A stretch of DNA of 64,000 nt, from positions 256,001 to 320,000 of the forward strand of contig OY762911.1 of the NCBI GenBank assembly GCA_963666565.1. The letters are read 5' to 3'. The notes beneath the pieces were generated by a model, which saw nothing but the letters and a program-made list of their open reading frames with translations, did not search any database and was not told the DNA's origin. Below, piece by piece: positions 63,260 through 64,000 of the stretch. How positions within the stretch are numbered: position 1 is the first letter of the stretch; the number at the start of each line of letters is the position of its first letter. This stretch comes from Thermoanaerobaculia bacterium (lineage in GTDB: Bacteria; Acidobacteriota; Thermoanaerobaculia; Multivoradales; Multivoraceae). The position numbers were made by a program, and so were the translations under genes.

Positions 63260-64000
63260 GGCGGTACTTCCGGGGCCGTGTCCGCGCCGCCTGCGGCTGG
63301 GGCCGCCGGTTCCGCCGTGTCCGCGCCGCCGGGCGCCAGGGCCGCGCCGGCGTCCTCGTCGTCGAGCAGGCGCCGCAGGTTGCGCGCCAGGGGCGCCAAG
63401 CCCGCTCCCGCCACCGCCGAGATCTCGAAGACGGGCAGGTCCCGGCCGGCGGCCGCCTCCCGGAGCGCGCGGCGGCGCTCCTCGTCGGCGACGTCGAGCT
63501 TCGAACCGCACAGGATCCGCGGCCGCCGCGGGAGATCCTCGTTGAAGGCGCCCAGTTCGGCGTCGATGGTGTCCAGGGACTCCTCGACGCCGCCGCCCGC
63601 GCCCTCCGGCTGCGGTCCGAGGTCGACCAGGTGCAGCAGCACGCGGCAACGCTCCACGTGCCGGAGGAAGCGGATTCCCAGCCCGGCGCCCTGGGCCGCG
63701 CCGGCGATCAGCCCCGGCAGATCGGCGATCACGAAGGGCTCGGCCTCCACCGGCAGAGCCGGCGCGCCGACCACGCCGAGCTGCGGCACGAGCGTCGTGA
63801 ACGGATAGTCCGCGATCTTCGGCCGGGCGGACGTCAGCACGCCGATCAGCGTCGATTTGCCGGCGTTCGGCAGGCCGACGACGCCGACGTCGGCGAGCAG
63901 CTTGAGTTCAAGACGCAGCCGCCGTTGCTCGCCCGGCGTCCCCGGCTCCGTCCGCCTCGGCGCCCGCTGGCGCGCGCTCTTGAAGCGGGCGTTGCCGCGG
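63256..64000 (-). CDS. obgE: GTPase ObgE (5' part beyond window)
   Basis: LELKLLADVGVVGLPNAGKSTL, KIADYPFTTL, DLPGLI.GA and FLRHVER. Confidence 0.95.
   Translation of the reverse strand, partial: RGNARFKSARQRAPRRTEPGTPGEQRRLRLELKLLADVGVVGLPNAGKSTLIGVLTSARPKIADYPFTTLVPQLGVVGAPALPVEAEPFVIADLPGLIAGAAQGAGLGIRFLRHVERCRVLLHLVDLGPQPEGAGGGVEESLDTIDAELGAFNEDLPRRPRILCGSKLDVADEERRRALREAAAGRDLPVFEISAVAGAGLAPLARNLRRLLDDEDAGAALAPGGADTAEPAAPAAGGADTAPEVPP

Overview
A GC-rich bacterial chromosome segment, mostly housekeeping genes on the minus strand. The gene order (rplM-rpsI-rpsB-tsf-pyrH-frr-ispDF-rlmB-tRNAs; obgE-nadD-rsfS; tig-clpP-clpX-lon-engB-rho) suggests a diderm, probably Acidobacteriota (inference, not tested). 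The left ~23 kb is more accessory. It holds at least three tandem, motif-divergent cytochrome P450s, an SRPBCC gene, an ISL3 scar, a deleted SulP pseudogene, vapBC, pstSCAB-B, a LolA-like/FtsX-type ABC cluster and a sulfatase-like lipoprotein. There are five tRNAs and no CRISPR, rRNA or intact transposase. The best leads are: (1) the P450 paralogs, which deviate at the same canonical heme/O2-activation positions and share a Cys-Pro-Ala motif; (2) a REP/REPIN-like palindromic repeat family with three full ~140-bp elements and copies translated in frame inside fmt; (3) a perfect inverted copy of the tRNA-Gly 3' end exactly where the usual Thr-Tyr-Gly-Thr-tuf operon breaks off; (4) an 87-bp tandem amplification of the rho stop/DUF362 start junction; (5) a His-rich insertion in trigger factor. 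All calls come from reading the sequence and recognising motifs; no searches were run.
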